From: Escherichia coli
GTDB taxonomy: Bacteria > Pseudomonadota > Gammaproteobacteria > Enterobacterales > Enterobacteriaceae
Assembly (NCBI RefSeq): GCF_022846255.1
Contig: NZ_AP025682.1
Strand: one strand, 5' to 3'
Length of the DNA stretch: 64,000 bases
The position numbers and the translations under genes were made by a program. Every line of letters starts with the position of its first letter. Positions within the stretch are counted from its first letter, which is position 1. The notes under the pieces are model-generated. The model saw only the letters and a list, made by a program, of their open reading frames with translations, had not been told where the DNA came from and ran no database searches. This document shows, piece after piece, positions 1-12,108 of this stretch.

Positions 1-41
1 ACGAAATCTACAAAAAATGGTTCGGTACTGAACCGAAATAA
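1..41 (+). CDS. glnH: glutamine ABC transporter periplasmic binding protein, 3' end (partial)
   Basis: Frame from nt 3 translates ...EIYKKWFGTEPK then TAA at 39-41; followed by glnP and glnQ in the expected operon order. Confidence 0.8.
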   Translation, partial: EIYKKWFGTEPK

Positions 42-74
42 TAACGCTGCGCCTGTAAAGCGCACTGGCAGTTC

Positions 75-95
75 CCTCTCCCCGCCGGGGAGAGG
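75..95 (+). repeat. GC-rich stem-loop in glnH-glnP intergenic region (cctctcccc-gcc-ggggagagg)
   Basis: Perfect 9-bp inverted repeat read directly; position fits an intra-operon mRNA stabiliser/REP-like hairpin. Confidence 0.5.
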
Positions 96-179
96 ATTAG
101 GGTGAAGGGCGCAAACCCGCTCCGGGGCCATTAATTACCCTGAATTTGATTATTTACACCACGGTAACAGGAACAACAT

Positions 180-839
180 ATGCAGTTTGACTGGAGTGCC
201 ATCTGGCCTGCCATTCCGCTTCTGATTGAAGGTGCCAAAATGACCCTGTGGATTTCGGTCCTCGGTCTGGCTGGCGGTCTGGTGATCGGATTGTTGGCAG
301 GTTTTGCACGCACCTTCGGTGGTTGGATAGCCAACCACGTCGCGCTGGTCTTTATTGAAGTGATCCGCGGCACACCTATCGTCGTCCAGGTGATGTTTAT
401 CTATTTCGCCCTGCCGATGGCGTTTAACGATTTACGCATCGACCCGTTTACTGCGGCGGTGGTCACCATCATGATCAACTCCGGCGCGTACATTGCGGAA
501 ATCACGCGTGGTGCGGTGCTGTCTATTCACAAAGGTTTTCGTGAAGCAGGACTGGCGCTCGGTCTTTCACGTTGGGAAACCATTCGCTACGTCATTTTAC
601 CGCTGGCACTGCGTCGTATGCTGCCGCCGCTGGGTAACCAGTGGATCATCAGCATTAAAGACACTTCGCTGTTTATTGTTATCGGCGTGGCTGAGCTGAC
701 CCGTCAGGGGCAAGAAATTATTGCCGGTAACTTCCGCGCCCTGGAGATCTGGAGCGCCGTGGCGGTGTTCTATCTGATTATTACCCTGGTGCTGAGCTTT
801 ATTCTGCGTCGTCTGGAAAGAAGGATGAAAATCCTGTGA
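180..839 (+). CDS. glnP: glutamine ABC transporter permease
   Basis: 219-aa ORF, polar amino acid ABC permease motifs, hydrophobic; length and neighbours match glnP. Confidence 0.95.
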
Positions 840-1558
840 TTGAATTTAAAAACGTCTCCAAGCATTTTGGTCCAACCCAGGTGCTGCACAATATCGATTT
901 GAACATTGCTCAGGGCGAAGTCGTGGTGATTATCGGGCCGTCCGGTTCCGGTAAATCGACCCTGCTGCGCTGCATCAACAAACTGGAAGAAATCACCTCC
1001 GGCGATCTGATTGTCGATGGCCTGAAGGTTAACGATCCGAAAGTTGATGAGCGCCTGATTCGCCAGGAAGCGGGTATGGTGTTCCAGCAGTTTTACCTCT
1101 TCCCGCATCTGACGGCGCTGGAAAACGTCATGTTTGGCCCGCTACGCGTGCGTGGCGCGAATAAAGAAGAGGCGGAAAAACTGGCGCGTGAGCTGCTGGC
1201 GAAAGTCGGTCTGGCAGAGCGTGCACATCACTACCCTTCCGAACTTTCTGGTGGTCAACAGCAGCGTGTGGCGATTGCCCGCGCGCTGGCGGTGAAGCCG
1301 AAAATGATGCTGTTTGATGAACCGACTTCCGCTCTTGACCCGGAACTGCGCCATGAAGTGCTGAAGGTTATGCAGGATCTGGCTGAAGAAGGGATGACGA
1401 TGGTGATCGTGACCCACGAAATCGGTTTTGCCGAGAAAGTAGCTTCGCGCCTGATCTTTATCGACAAAGGCCGGATTGCAGAAGATGGCGATCCGCAGGT
1501 GTTGATCAAGAACCCGCCGAGCCAGCGCTTGCAGGAATTTTTGCAGCACGTCTCTTAA
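836..1558 (+). CDS. glnQ: glutamine ABC transporter ATP-binding protein
   Basis: 240-aa ORF with Walker [13 protein letters not shown] signature LSGGQQQR, Walker [12 protein letters not shown]; 4-nt overlap with glnP. Confidence 0.96.
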
Positions 1559-1565
1559 CTTCTCT

Positions 1566-1591
1566 GCCTCCCTTTCCCCCGAAAGGGAGGC
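1566..1591 (+). terminator. stem-loop downstream of glnQ (gcctccctttcccccgaaagggaggc)
   Basis: Perfect hairpin 8 nt after the glnQ stop; no strong U-tract, so intrinsic termination is inferred. Confidence 0.5.
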
Positions 1592-1674
1592 ACACCAGAT
1601 TCCTCTCATTTAAAATCGCCCAGCCTCCAGCATCTATACTTATCTTTTTGCTCTGTTTTCTCACTGGAGGAGTC

Positions 1675-3900
1675 ATGCGGTGGATCCTGTTCATCCTCTT
1701 CTGCCTGTTGGGCGCACCTGCCCACGCGGTATCCATACCCGGCGTTACAACCACAACGACAACGGACTCAACGACTGAACCGGCCCCGGAACCGGATATC
1801 GAACAAAAAAAAGCGGCCTATGGCGCACTGGCGGATGTGCTGGATAATGACACCTCGCGTAAAGAGTTGATCGACCAGTTGCGCACCGTCGCCGCGACGC
1901 CCCCTGCGGAACCCGTACCGAAGATCGTGCCGCCGACGCTGGTTGAAGAGCAAACCGTGCTGCAAAAGGTCACCGAAGTCAGCCGCCATTATGGTGAAGC
2001 CCTTTCCGCCCGCTTCGGGCAACTTTATCGCAATATCACCGGCTCCCCGCATAAGCCGTTTAATCCACAAACCTTCAGCAATGCGCTGACCCACTTTTCA
2101 ATGTTAGCGGTATTAGTGTTTGGTTTTTACTGGCTGATTCGTCTGTGCGCACTGCCGCTGTATCGCAAAATGGGCCAGTGGGCGCGGCAAAAAAATCGTG
2201 AGCGCAGTAACTGGTTGCAGCTTCCGGCGATGATCATCGGGGCGTTTATTATCGACCTGCTGTTACTGGCACTGACATTATTTGTCGGCCAGGTATTAAG
2301 CGACAACCTGAATGCGGGCAGTCGCACCATCGCTTTCCAACAAAGTTTGTTTCTCAACGCCTTTGCCCTGATTGAATTTTTCAAAGCCGTACTACGCCTG
2401 ATTTTTTGCCCAAACGTGGCTGAACTGCGCCCGTTCACGATTCATGACGAGACCGCCCGTTACTGGAGTCGTCGCCTGAGCTGGTTAAGCAGCCTGATTG
2501 GCTATGGTCTGATTGTGGCTGTGCCGATTATCTCTAATCAGGTGAATGTACAGATAGGTGCGCTGGCAAACGTCATCATTATGCTGTGCATGACCGTCTG
2601 GGCGTTGTACCTGATTTTTCGTAATAAAAAAGAGATCACCCAGCATTTGCTCAACTTTGCGGAGCATTCGCTGGCCTTTTTCAGCCTGTTTATCCGCGCC
2701 TTTGCGCTGGTGTGGCACTGGCTGGCAAGCGCCTATTTTATCGTGCTGTTTTTCTTTTCGTTGTTCGATCCGGGCAACAGCCTGAAATTTATGATGGGTG
2801 CAACGGTGCGCAGCCTGGCGATTATTGGTATCGCAGCATTTGTTTCCGGTATGTTTTCCCGCTGGCTGGCAAAAACCATCACCCTCTCGCCACATACTCA
2901 GCGTAACTATCCAGAACTGCAAAAACGGCTGAATGGCTGGCTTTCGGCGGCGCTGAAAACGGCGCGTATTCTGACCGTCTGCGTGGCGGTAATGTTGCTG
3001 TTGAGCGCATGGGGATTGTTCGATTTCTGGAACTGGCTGCAAAACGGCGCGGGGCAGAAAACCGTAGATATCCTGATCCGTATCGCACTCATTCTTTTCT
3101 TCTCGGCGGTTGGCTGGACGGTGCTCGCCAGTTTGATCGAAAACCGGCTGGCTTCGGATATTCATGGCCGCCCGCTACCCAGCGCCCGTACGCGAACCCT
3201 GCTGACGCTGTTCCGTAACGCGCTGGCGGTGATTATCAGTACCATCACCATCATGATTGTGTTGTCGGAAATCGGCGTCAATATCGCGCCATTGCTGGCA
3301 GGTGCCGGGGCATTAGGTCTGGCTATCTCGTTTGGTTCGCAAACGCTGGTGAAAGATATCATTACCGGAGTATTTATTCAGTTTGAAAACGGCATGAACA
3401 CTGGAGATTTGGTGACTATCGGGCCGTTGACCGGCACTGTGGAACGGATGTCGATTCGCTCCGTGGGCGTGCGCCAGGATACCGGGGCGTATCACATCAT
3501 TCCGTGGTCTTCGATAACCACCTTTGCTAACTTCGTCCGCGGTATTGGTTCGGTAGTGGCAAATTATGATGTTGATCGCCATGAAGATGCTGATAAAGCC
3601 AATCAGGCACTGAAAGATGCGGTAGCGGAATTAATGGAAAACGAAGAAATTCGCGGGCTGGTTATTGGTGAACCGAACTTTGCCGGGATTGTCGGCTTAA
3701 GCAATACCGCGTTTACACTGCGTGTTTCGTTCACCACGCTGCCACTCAAACAGTGGACGGTCCGCTTTGCCCTCGACAGCCAGGTGAAAAAACATTTCGA
3801 CCTGGCGGGTGTTCGCGCGCCGGTGCAGACTTATCAGGTGCTGCCAGCTCCGGGCGCGGCCCCGGCTGAACCGTTGCCGCCGGGGGAGCCAACGCTTTAA
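1675..3900 (+). CDS. ybiO: MscS-family mechanosensitive channel YbiO
   Basis: ORF track 1648-3900; start at MRWILFILF gives 741 aa as I recall for YbiO; signal peptide, multi-TM region and MscS-like C-terminal domain. Confidence 0.9.
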   Translation: MRWILFILFCLLGAPAHAVSIPGVTTTTTTDSTTEPAPEPDIEQKKAAYGALADVLDNDTSRKELIDQLRTVAATPPAEPVPKIVPPTLVEEQTVLQKVTEVSRHYGEALSARFGQLYRNITGSPHKPFNPQTFSNALTHFSMLAVLVFGFYWLIRLCALPLYRKMGQWARQKNRERSNWLQLPAMIIGAFIIDLLLLALTLFVGQVLSDNLNAGSRTIAFQQSLFLNAFALIEFFKAVLRLIFCPNVAELRPFTIHDETARYWSRRLSWLSSLIGYGLIVAVPIISNQVNVQIGALANVIIMLCMTVWALYLIFRNKKEITQHLLNFAEHSLAFFSLFIRAFALVWHWLASAYFIVLFFFSLFDPGNSLKFMMGATVRSLAIIGIAAFVSGMFSRWLAKTITLSPHTQRNYPELQKRLNGWLSAALKTARILTVCVAVMLLLSAWGLFDFWNWLQNGAGQKTVDILIRIALILFFSAVGWTVLASLIENRLASDIHGRPLPSARTRTLLTLFRNALAVIISTITIMIVLSEIGVNIAPLLAGAGALGLAISFGSQTLVKDIITGVFIQFENGMNTGDLVTIGPLTGTVERMSIRSVGVRQDTGAYHIIPWSSITTFANFVRGIGSVVANYDVDRHEDADKANQALKDAVAELMENEEIRGLVIGEPNFAGIVGLSNTAFTLRVSFTTLPLKQWTVRFALDSQVKKHFDLAGVRAPVQTYQVLPAPGAAPAEPLPPGEPTL

Positions 3901-4823
3901 CGCTGGCGATTGACAAAACGGCGGCGCTGCTCGTCGTTCATAAAGGTCCAGGCTATAAAGCGGCTCTGCTTTTGCCCCTGGGCCATCTCTTTTTTTACCA
4001 CCTTCACCGCACCTACGTCCGTCAGAGCACGATACAACGGCGGTAAGTTTTCACCACGAGATACCAGCGAGGTAAACCACATCACCTGCTTCGCGAAGCC
4101 TTTGCTCTCTTCAATCATCTTTTTGATAAAAGCGACCTCACCGCCTTCACACCACAACTCCTGTTGCTGACCACCAAAGTTCAGTGCATCGTCTTTGTTC
4201 AGCCCCAGGTTACGGCGTTTACGTTCACTACCTGCCCGTGCCGCAGCGGCGGAATCGTGGAATGGCGGGTTACACAAGGTCGCATCGTATTGCTCGTTTT
4301 TATGGATGATGCCGTTAAAAATCGCCCCACTCTCTTTTTGCCGACGCAGACGAATAGCGCGGTTAAGCCCCGGATTAGCACTGATGATCGCCTGCGCACT
4401 GCTTAACGCCTGGCTGCTGGTTTCACTACCGGTAAAACGCCAGCCATATTCATGTACGCCAATCAGCGGATAAATACAGTTCGCACCAACGCCGATATCC
4501 AGAATGCTGGCATTAGCTGGAATTGTTCCGCTTGCTTCAGCCAGTAAATCGGCAAGGTGATGAATATAATCCGCCCGGCCCGGTACTGGCGGGCAGAGAA
4601 AACCGTCCGGGATATCCCAGTTCGCTACGGCGTAAAAATGGGCCAGCAACGCCTTATTGAGCGCCTTCACCGCCAGCGGATTGGCAAAGTCTACGCTTTG
4701 CTCCCCGGTGGGTGTAAGCGTGAGGAATTGCCTGAGTTCAGGATTGACCTGACAAAGCGTGGCGAGATCGTAGCGGCTGTGATGACGGTTGCGCGGATGC
4801 AACCCCGGTTTCTGGGCGGACAT
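3897..4823 (-). CDS. rlmF: 23S rRNA m6A1618 methyltransferase RlmF
   Basis: ORF track 3897-4913; internal start [14 protein letters not shown] gives 308 aa; SAM-methyltransferase motifs ([15 protein letters not shown]). Confidence 0.92.
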   Translation of the reverse strand: MSAQKPGLHPRNRHHSRYDLATLCQVNPELRQFLTLTPTGEQSVDFANPLAVKALNKALLAHFYAVANWDIPDGFLCPPVPGRADYIHHLADLLAEASGTIPANASILDIGVGANCIYPLIGVHEYGWRFTGSETSSQALSSAQAIISANPGLNRAIRLRRQKESGAIFNGIIHKNEQYDATLCNPPFHDSAAAARAGSERKRRNLGLNKDDALNFGGQQQELWCEGGEVAFIKKMIEESKGFAKQVMWFTSLVSRGENLPPLYRALTDVGAVKVVKKEMAQGQKQSRFIAWTFMNDEQRRRFVNRQR

Positions 4824-5098
4824 AGCATTCTCCTTTAAGCAGCGGCGTAAGATACTCGCATAACGCGACAGGGTAAATATCTGGCTGCGTTTATCATTTC
4901 TAAAAACCTTCACATGGATATGGTTTATGGCAATTCACCATAAAAATCATCATCATGCATGTCATTGATTTGTCTTATTTTGTAAAAATATATCGTTCAA
5001 AAAATAAGCGCATCTCTGTCAATTTTTTGCGTCATTTTCATCGCGCAGGCGACCTACACTTATCTGGCACTACCCGTTGTATTTATGAGGATGTCATT

Positions 5099-5359
5099 AT
5101 GAAAAAGTGCCTCACACTACTGATTGCCACCGTCCTGAGCGGAATCTCTCTCACGGCTTATGCCGCGCAACCGATGAGTAACCTGGACAGAGGTCAACTA
5201 CGGCCCGCCGGTACCGTTTCGGCAACTGGCGCATCAAACCTAAGCGATCTGGAGGATAAACTGGCAGAAAAAGCGCGCGAACAAGGCGCGAAAGGTTATG
5301 TCATTAATTCCGCAGGCGGAAATGACCAGATGTTCGGTACTGCAATCATCTACAAATAA
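5099..5359 (+). CDS. mcbA: DUF1471 (YdgH/BhsA/McbA family) periplasmic protein McbA
   Basis: 86-aa ORF from ATG at 5099, signal peptide then the family C-terminal ...GTAIIYK. Confidence 0.9.
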   Translation: MKKCLTLLIATVLSGISLTAYAAQPMSNLDRGQLRPAGTVSATGASNLSDLEDKLAEKAREQGAKGYVINSAGGNDQMFGTAIIYK

Positions 5360-5374
5360 CCCCACCAACGTAAC

Positions 5375-5399
5375 TGCATTCGTCTCTGGATGCAGTTTT
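5375..5399 (+). terminator. intrinsic terminator after mcbA
   Basis: Hairpin ctgcattcgtctctggatgcag followed by TTTT. Confidence 0.6.
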
Positions 5400-5494
5400 C
5401 GTCCGATTTGTAAGCAAAAAACATCAAATATGAACGCAATGTAAATAAATGTATTTCTTTTTCGCGCAATGGGTGATAGAAAATCGCGCCAAGT

Positions 5495-5521
5495 GATAAT
5501 GCTTATCAAAATTATTATCAC
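5495..5521 (+). promoter_or_regulatory. Fur box in fiu promoter
   Basis: gataatgcttatcaaaattattatcac closely matches the Fur consensus gataatgataatcattatc; about 100 nt upstream of fiu. Confidence 0.75.
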
Positions 5522-5623
5522 TTGCACGTACGCTATCACGGGATTAACAGTGGCATCGCATCCGCAGAGATGCTTTCTCGTGACAGTGAAAATTTCACCA
5601 TATAAGAAAAAGTCACCTGCAAA

Positions 5624-7906
5624 ATGGAAAACAATCGCAATTTCCCTGCCAGACAATTTCATTCGCTCACGTTCTTTGCCGGTCTTTGTATTGGTATTAC
5701 GCCTGTGGCACAGGCACTCGCTGCCGAAGGGCAAGCTAACGCGGATGACACGCTGGTTGTCGAAGCATCAACGCCTTCGCTTTATGCGCCACAACAATCT
5801 GCCGATCCGAAATTCTCGCGTCCGGTAGCGGATACTACCCGCACGATGACGGTGATTTCTGAACAAGTGATTAAAGATCAGGGTGCAACCAACCTTACCG
5901 ACGCACTCAAAAACGTCCCCGGCGTGGGTGCGTTTTTTGCGGGTGAGAACGGTAACTCCACCACTGGCGACGCCATTTATATGCGCGGTGCCGATACCTC
6001 TAACAGTATTTATATCGATGGCATTCGCGATATCGGCAGCGTCTCGCGCGACACCTTCAATACCGAGCAGGTCGAAGTAATTAAAGGGCCGTCCGGCACC
6101 GACTACGGGCGCAGCGCACCGACAGGCTCGATCAATATGATCAGCAAACAGCCGCGCAATGATTCCGGCATTGACGCCTCCGCCAGTATTGGCAGCGCCT
6201 GGTTCCGCCGCGGCACGCTGGACGTCAATCAGGTCATTGGTGATACCACTGCGGTGCGCCTGAATGTAATGGGCGAAAAAACGCACGATGCCGGACGCGA
6301 CAAAGTCAAAAATGAGCGTTACGGCGTCGCCCCTTCTGTCGCTTTTGGCCTTGGTACAGCGAATCGTTTGTATCTTAATTATCTGCATGTCACCCAGCAC
6401 AACACGCCAGACGGCGGCATTCCGACCATCGGTTTACCGGGTTATTCTGCCCCATCTGCGGGAACAGCAGCCCTGAATCATTCCGGAAAAGTTGATACTC
6501 ATAACTTTTACGGCACAGATTCCGATTACGACGATTCGACCACCGACACCGCTACCATGCGTTTTGAGCACGACATCAACGATAACACCACCATTCGCAA
6601 CACTACGCGTTGGTCGCGCGTAAAGCAGGATTACCTGATGACGGCGATTATGGGTGGAGCGTCGAATATTACCCAGCCCACCAGCGATGTGAATAGCTGG
6701 ACGTGGTCACGCACGGCGAATACCAAAGATGTGAGTAACAAAATTCTCACCAACCAGACCAACCTGACCTCGACGTTCTATACCGGCGCTATCGGTCATG
6801 ATCTCAGTACCGGCGTGGAATTTACCCGCGAAACACAGACTAACTATGGCGTTAATCCGGTGACGTTACCGGCGGTAAATATTTATCATCCTGACAGCAG
6901 CATTCATCCCGGCGGCCTGACGCGCAACGGCGCAAACGCCAATGGTCAGACGGATACCTTCGCAATTTATGCCTTCGATACGCTGCAAATCACCCGTGAT
7001 TTTGAGCTGAACGGCGGGATCCGTCTGGATAATTATCATACTGAATATGACAGTGCTACCGCCTGCGGCGGCAGCGGGCGCGGTGCCATCACCTGCCCTG
7101 CTGGCGTGGCAAAAGGTTCTCCGGTCACCACCGTCGACACCGCCAAGTCGGGCAATCTGGTGAACTGGAAAGCCGGGGCGCTGTATCACCTGACGGAAAA
7201 CGGCAATGTCTATATTAACTATGCCGTTTCCCAGCAGCCGCCGGGCGGCAACAACTTCGCCCTTGCGCAGTCTGGCAGCGGTAACAGTGCCAACCGCACC
7301 GATTTTAAACCACAAAAAGCCAACACCAGCGAGATTGGCACCAAATGGCAGGTTCTGGATAAACGCCTGCTACTTACCGCCGCGCTGTTCCGTACTGATA
7401 TTGAAAATGAAGTTGAGCAAAATGATGACGGGACTTATTCGCAATATGGTAAGAAACGTGTCGAAGGCTACGAGATATCCGTGGCCGGGAATATCACCCC
7501 CGCATGGCAGATGATTGGCGGCTATACCCAGCAAAAAGCAACTATCAAAAACGGCAAAGATGTTGCCCAGGATGGTTCCTCATCGCTGCCGTATACCCCG
7601 GAACACGCCTTCACCTTATGGAGCCAGTATCAGGCAACCGATGATATTTCTGTTGGTGCGGGCGCACGGTATATCGGCAGTATGCATAAAGTTTCAGACG
7701 GCGCGGTGGGGACGCCAGCATTTACCGAAGGTTATTGGGTCGCCGACGCCAAACTGGGGTATCGGGTTAATCGCAATCTCGACTTCCAGCTAAACGTCTA
7801 CAACCTGTTTGATACCGATTACGTCGCCTCAATCAATAAGAGCGGCTACCGTTATCACCCGGGCGAGCCAAGAACCTTCTTGCTCACAGCTAATATGCAT
7901 TTCTGA
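5624..7906 (+). CDS. fiu: TonB-dependent catecholate siderophore receptor Fiu
   Basis: 760-aa ORF, signal peptide, TonB box, plug and beta-barrel, C-terminal aromatic residue; Fur box upstream. Confidence 0.96.
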   Translation: MENNRNFPARQFHSLTFFAGLCIGITPVAQALAAEGQANADDTLVVEASTPSLYAPQQSADPKFSRPVADTTRTMTVISEQVIKDQGATNLTDALKNVPGVGAFFAGENGNSTTGDAIYMRGADTSNSIYIDGIRDIGSVSRDTFNTEQVEVIKGPSGTDYGRSAPTGSINMISKQPRNDSGIDASASIGSAWFRRGTLDVNQVIGDTTAVRLNVMGEKTHDAGRDKVKNERYGVAPSVAFGLGTANRLYLNYLHVTQHNTPDGGIPTIGLPGYSAPSAGTAALNHSGKVDTHNFYGTDSDYDDSTTDTATMRFEHDINDNTTIRNTTRWSRVKQDYLMTAIMGGASNITQPTSDVNSWTWSRTANTKDVSNKILTNQTNLTSTFYTGAIGHDLSTGVEFTRETQTNYGVNPVTLPAVNIYHPDSSIHPGGLTRNGANANGQTDTFAIYAFDTLQITRDFELNGGIRLDNYHTEYDSATACGGSGRGAITCPAGVAKGSPVTTVDTAKSGNLVNWKAGALYHLTENGNVYINYAVSQQPPGGNNFALAQSGSGNSANRTDFKPQKANTSEIGTKWQVLDKRLLLTAALFRTDIENEVEQNDDGTYSQYGKKRVEGYEISVAGNITPAWQMIGGYTQQKATIKNGKDVAQDGSSSLPYTPEHAFTLWSQYQATDDISVGAGARYIGSMHKVSDGAVGTPAFTEGYWVADAKLGYRVNRNLDFQLNVYNLFDTDYVASINKSGYRYHPGEPRTFLLTANMHF

Positions 7907-7956
7907 TTCAGATGTGGGGCGCAAGGCTCACTAATGTTGATGGCGAGAGCAGGACT

Positions 7957-8054
7957 GCCTGATGCGCTGCGCTTATCAGGCCTACAAGGTTGTGCAATAC
8001 ACTGAATTCACATCATTTGGTAGGCCGGATAAGGCGTTCACGCCGCATCCGGCA
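7957..8054. repeat. REP elements (BIME-like pair) between fiu and ybiX
   Basis: gcctgatgcgctgcgcttatcaggcctaca and gtaggccggataaggcgttcacgccgcatccggca match the REP consensus. Confidence 0.85.
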
Positions 8055-8087
8055 CCTGAGCACCATTGCCTGCTGTTAAAAATCGGT

Positions 8088-8110
8088 GTGGGGCGCAGGC
8101 CCCACTTTTT
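8088..8110 (+). terminator. terminator-like hairpin plus T-run immediately upstream of the ybiX RBS
   Basis: gtggggcgcaggccccac followed by TTTTT, 12 nt before the ybiX ATG; the Shine-Dalgarno ggag lies just after the T-run. Confidence 0.5.
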
Positions 8111-8121
8111 GGAGAACTTGT

Positions 8122-8799
8122 ATGATGTACCACATTCCCGGCGTGTTATCGCCACAGGACGTCGCCCGTTTTCGCGAACAACTGGAACAAGCCGAATGGG
8201 TGGATGGGCGCGTCACCACCGGCGCACAAGGTGCGCAAGTTAAGAACAATCAACAAGTAGACACCCGCAGCGCCCTGTACGCCGCCCTGCAAAATGAGGT
8301 GCTGAACGCGGTTAACCAACATGCTTTGTTCTTTGCCGCGGCCTTGCCGCGTACCCTTTCCACGCCGCTGTTTAATCGCTATCAGAACAATGAAACCTAT
8401 GGTTTTCATGTGGATGGCGCAGTACGCAGCCATCCACAAAACGGCTGGATGCGCACTGACCTTTCTGCCACGCTGTTTTTAAGCGATCCAGAAAGCTACG
8501 ACGGCGGCGAACTGGTCGTTAATGACACCTTCGGGCAACATCGGGTAAAACTCCCGGCAGGCGATCTGGTGTTGTATCCCTCCAGCAGCCTGCATTGCGT
8601 GACACCCGTAACCCGCGGCGTGCGAGTGGCATCATTTATGTGGATCCAGTCGATGATCCGCGATGATAAAAAGCGCGCCATGCTGTTTGAACTGGACAAC
8701 AATATTCAGTCGCTGAAAAGCCACTACGGCGAAAGTGAAGAGATCCTGTCGCTGCTCAATCTTTATCATAATCTGCTGCGGGAATGGTCGGAGATCTGA
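8122..8799 (+). CDS. ybiX: PKHD-type Fe(II)/2-oxoglutarate-dependent hydroxylase YbiX
   Basis: ORF track 8086-8799; start at MMYHIPGVL gives 225 aa; HxD...H iron-binding motif context; downstream of fiu as in the known fiu-ybiX unit. Confidence 0.92.
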
Positions 8800-8872
8800 C
8801 GCTTGAACTGCCCGAGTTCGTCCCTATATTAGCTACACTTAACTGTACAAGCATTGATATGGGGAGGACGAT

Positions 8873-9139
8873 ATGGCATCCGGTTGGGCTAATGATGACG
8901 CCGTCAACGAACAGATCAACAGTACAATTGAAGATGCGATTGCCCGCGCTCGGGGTGAAATTCCGCGTGGCGAAAGCCTGTATGAATGTGAAGAGTGCGG
9001 AGCCCTCATCCCGCAGGCCCGTCGGGAAGCCATTCCTGGCGTGCGCTTATGCATTCATTGTCAGCAGGAGAAAGATTTACAAAAACCAGATTATACAGGA
9101 TATAATCGCAGAGGTTCGAAAGACAGCCAGTTACGTTAA
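8873..9139 (+). CDS. ybiI: DksA/TraR-family C4-type zinc-finger protein YbiI
   Basis: 88-aa ORF with CxxC-N17-CxxC (CEECG...CIHCQ). Confidence 0.9.
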   Translation: MASGWANDDAVNEQINSTIEDAIARARGEIPRGESLYECEECGALIPQARREAIPGVRLCIHCQQEKDLQKPDYTGYNRRGSKDSQLR

Positions 9140-9403
9140 CTACAACTGGCGGGATGTATAGCGAATATAATTTGGATTTTGCGTGGCATTCCGTGCCTTT
9201 AACGCTACCGTGACTGCCACGCGGTATAAAACAAGTTCATAAGTACAACAAATAAATGGTTTATCAGTATGTTAGATATCAATCAATTTATTTGAACAAG
9301 GCGGTCAATTCTCTTCGATTTTATCTCTCGAAAAAAAACGTGATACTCATCACATCGACGAAACAACGTCACTTATACAAAAATCACCTGCGAGAGATTA
9401 ATT

Positions 9404-9664
9404 ATGAAAACTATCAATACTGTTGTTGCTGCTATGGCTCTTTCAACTCTGTCATTTGGCGTGTTCGCGGCGGAACCGGTAACGGCATCCCAGGCACAGA
9501 ACATGAATAAAATCGGCGTGGTTTCTGCCGATGGCGCATCCACCCTCGATGCCCTGGAAGCGAAACTGGCTGAGAAAGCCGCGGCGGCCGGTGCCAGTGG
9601 ATACAGCATTACTTCCGCCACCAACAACAATAAATTAAGCGGTACTGCGGTAATTTATAAGTAA
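9404..9664 (+). CDS. ybiJ: DUF1471 (YdgH/BhsA/McbA family) periplasmic protein YbiJ
   Basis: 86-aa ORF, signal peptide, C-terminal ...GTAVIYK; paralog of mcbA. Confidence 0.92.
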   Translation: MKTINTVVAAMALSTLSFGVFAAEPVTASQAQNMNKIGVVSADGASTLDALEAKLAEKAAAAGASGYSITSATNNNKLSGTAVIYK

Positions 9665-9667
9665 TTC

Positions 9668-9744
9668 GTAGGACGGATAAGGCGTTTACGCCGCATCCGG
9701 CAACAGATGCCTGATGCGACGCTACCGCGTCTTATCAGACCTAC
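9668..9744. repeat. REP elements downstream of ybiJ
   Basis: gtaggacggataaggcgtttacgccgcatccggca and gcctgatgcgacgctaccgcgtcttatcagacctac. Confidence 0.85.
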
Positions 9745-9864
9745 AAAATCCGAACCGTTGGCTGGATCAGGCGTTTACGCTACGTTCAGCACAAGTATTT
9801 CCCTGTCTGTTTGCCGACAGACGCATATGCTCTAACCCTCATTGATCCTATGTTACCCTTGTTT

Positions 9865-9892
9865 GCCCGTCCGCCACTGGACGGGCTTTTTT

Positions 9893-9894
<2 letters not shown>
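9865..9894 (+). terminator. intrinsic terminator between convergent ybiJ and ybiC
   Basis: gcccgtccgccactggacgggc followed by TTTTTTTT. Confidence 0.7.
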
Positions 9895-12081
<2,187 letters not shown>

Positions 12082-12108
12082 TTACGACTCCTTACCTGAC
12101 TCACATCA

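Noticed and set aside
131-373. Minus-strand ORFs of 80 and 62 aa overlapping the glnH-glnP junction
   Set aside because: They are antisense to the well-supported glnP gene and lack any recognisable motif.
2485-3165. 226-aa minus-strand ORF inside ybiO
   Set aside because: Antisense to a long, coherent membrane-protein ORF; Cys/Arg/His-rich translation typical of an antisense frame in GC-rich coding DNA.
5469-5828. 119-aa plus-strand ORF spanning the fiu promoter and 5' end
   Set aside because: It overlaps the Fur box and the fiu start in another frame; basic low-complexity translation typical of a spurious frame.
8784-9161. 125-aa plus-strand ORF overlapping ybiI in another frame
   Set aside because: The 88-aa zinc-finger frame (8873-9139) has the conserved CxxC pairs; the alternative frame has no features.
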